The position numbers were made by a program, and so were the translations under genes. Below are positions 61,857 through 64,000 of a DNA stretch of 64,000 nt, one piece after another. A model generated the notes under the pieces. That model was not told the DNA's origin. It worked only from the letters and a program-made list of their open reading frames with translations, and made no database searches. This DNA is from Antedon mediterranea (lineage: Eukaryota; Animalia; Echinodermata). The stretch spans positions 5,704,001-5,768,000 of the forward strand of contig NC_092680.1 in the NCBI RefSeq assembly GCF_964355755.1, in the 5' to 3' direction. Each line of letters opens with the position of its first letter. The first letter of the stretch is position 1.

Positions 61857-64000
61857 TTAGTTATCCGCTTAGTAGCGGATAACTCCTTGTAATCGTCCTG
61901 TTTCATCATCTTTTTTTTTTTTTTTTTTCTGTATTATACTTCTTTCCTTCTGTCATTTTTGTGCGTCGCGTTTCTCTAAAACGTGTAAACAGAACATATC
62001 GTAACTTTGTCAACATATCGACATTTACGTGAACTTGTGCACCTCCTATTTTTGAATGACGTCAGAGTTGCGCAACGTGACTTACGCGCGATTTTATGAA
62101 TTTCAATGATTGATCATAGACTAAAAACGAAACATAATTTTGTTTTGACACTTTGTGAAAATTTAAGTCACATCAAGCGCAAACTTCCTATGGATTAAAA
62201 ATAGCATGTTTCACAAAAAGTTACGCGCGCACGCGCGTTTAAAATTTTAGAGTGCGAAAAATCAACTTCTAATCAACTTTCTATGCGTTTCATGTCATTT
62301 TGAGCATGTCAAAAATTCCCACGCGCGCGAAACTTTTTACGCACGCGGTGCACACTTAGAGTTAAAAACATATTTTTTTCGCGTGATTCATGTTTTTTCA
62401 GCCTTTTATAGTAATGTTACCAACCTTTAAACAATTTCGACTTAAAATTACGTCATACGAGCACGTCGAATTAAATAATTTGCACGCGTTTCTGGTGAAA
62501 AAGTTCAAAAATTCGTCAAAATTATGCCTATTTTTAAACAGTCATAGATTCTAAACTACATGGAGAACTTTTTTTTAATTACATATTCTGGAAGTTGATG
62601 AGTTGTAGATATCGAATCATGCATTAATATGGCTAACCGGACATTGTGACGTCATCGTATGGCCACGCGAATATAAAATATAGGATTTTTGTCTCTTTCG
62701 TCATAGCTCATCACATTTAATAGAGCGCATCTCCACTTATTCGTAGTAGATTTTCACCCCGATTTTAATATATTCTAGGTCAATTAACTATCTTTTGCAT
62801 GAATTAAACATTTTTTAATTTTTTTATCGTCATCATGCCTAAAAATTTAAATTACGTTGGTCATTAATTTCATCTTTACAGTAAATGTTAATCTGTTATA
62901 GCTCGTAAGAATAAAATGTGATAATCAGGATTAAAACGTTTTCAGGAAGCTATTGTATTGTAGATACAAAATCATGTGAAAATTGTGCCAATCGAATGTT
63001 GTGACGTCATCATATGGCCAGTTAAATACAAAAAGTCGTATTTTCATCTTTTGCGTTATATTTCATTACATTTAAAAGAGCGCGCATCAATATTTCACGT
63101 ATTCAAATTTCTTCTACACGTTAATATGTTGTTGCTGAGATAATTTCATTCTGAAATTTCTACTTTTGCATTTCATTTTGAAACCGTCAAGATGTTAAAA
63201 ATTACAATAAAATACGGGTCCCGTAATTTCACCTATTTTACACTGTTTGTGATATGTATACAGATTGTACTGTGTATACTATATGACACAAAATAACAGA
63301 ATTCAGAAATAACAACATATCATATTCTTCAGTTCAGGTCATAATGCCTTAATATTTCTCTGTGTGCAATATTCTAACGTATGACGTGCACGTGGCGTTT
63401 GTCGAGCGGATAACTAACTCGTCAAAGTGACGAGTTTCATGTCTAGTCTTATTTCTTTCTCCTCCATTTTTGTGTCTCGCGTATCTCAAAAACTTGTAAA
63501 CATAACATTTCATAACTTTGTCAACATATGGGCATTTACGTGAAGTTGTGCACCTCCTATTTTTGAATGACGTCAGAGTTGCGCAACGTGACTTACGCGC
63601 GATTTTATGATTTTTTATGATTGATCATAGACTAAAAACCAAAAGTCATCTTGTATTGACACTTAGTGAAAATTTAAGTCATATCAAGGGAAAACTTTAT
63701 ATGGATTAAAAATGGCATGTTTTACAAAAACTTACGCGCGCACGCGCATTTAAAATTTTAAAATGCGCAAAATTAATTTCTAATCAACTTTCTACGCTGA
63801 TCAGGACATTTTGAGCATGTCAAAAATTCCCACGCGCGCGAAAAAATTTACTCGTAAGGTGCGCACGTAGCATGAAAACCATGTGTTTTTCTCTTGAATT
63901 ATGATTTTACAGCCTTTCTTAGTAATTTTAAAAAAGATTGACATCATTTCAAATTAAAATGACGTCATATGAACACGTTGATTGAGACCATTTGCGCACG
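61857..64000 (+). mobile_element. Helentron/DINE-like non-autonomous rolling-circle element, tandemly repeated
   Basis: 5' AGTTATCCGCT-tagt-AGCGGATAACT. 3' AGCGGATAACT + hairpin AACTCGTCA-aag-TGACGAGTT + CTAGT at 63405-63447. Sequence from 63448 repeats the unit starting at ~61935. Confidence 0.7.

Overview
AT-rich, intron-rich animal genomic DNA, probably a marine invertebrate deuterostome (inferred from the gene models and repeat families). Three host transcription units are present. (1) A complete 16-exon MAU2/SCC4 cohesin-loader gene on the minus strand (39150->19981, about 595 aa), with an 18-nt microexon followed by a U12-type intron. (2) A divergently transcribed threonyl-tRNA synthetase gene on the plus strand (46474->58758, continuing past the window end), with a candidate alternative-exon switch for a mitochondrial isoform and a candidate intronic C/D snoRNA. 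(3) The 5' part of an unidentified minus-strand gene (promoter about 11.5 kb, putative exons at 11.2, 6.8 and 2.3 kb) with a candidate recursive splice site. Introns and intergenic DNA are rich in mobile DNA: a near full-length RTE-like LINE nested in a MITE, a 3.7-kb palindromic Academ-like element carrying two outward-facing XPG-nuclease ORFs, a foldback-like element in the TARS promoter, a Helentron-like tandem unit, about 19 copies of one Harbinger-type MITE, Tigger-like MITEs, SINEs and several minisatellites. All calls were made by eye; no database searches were run.
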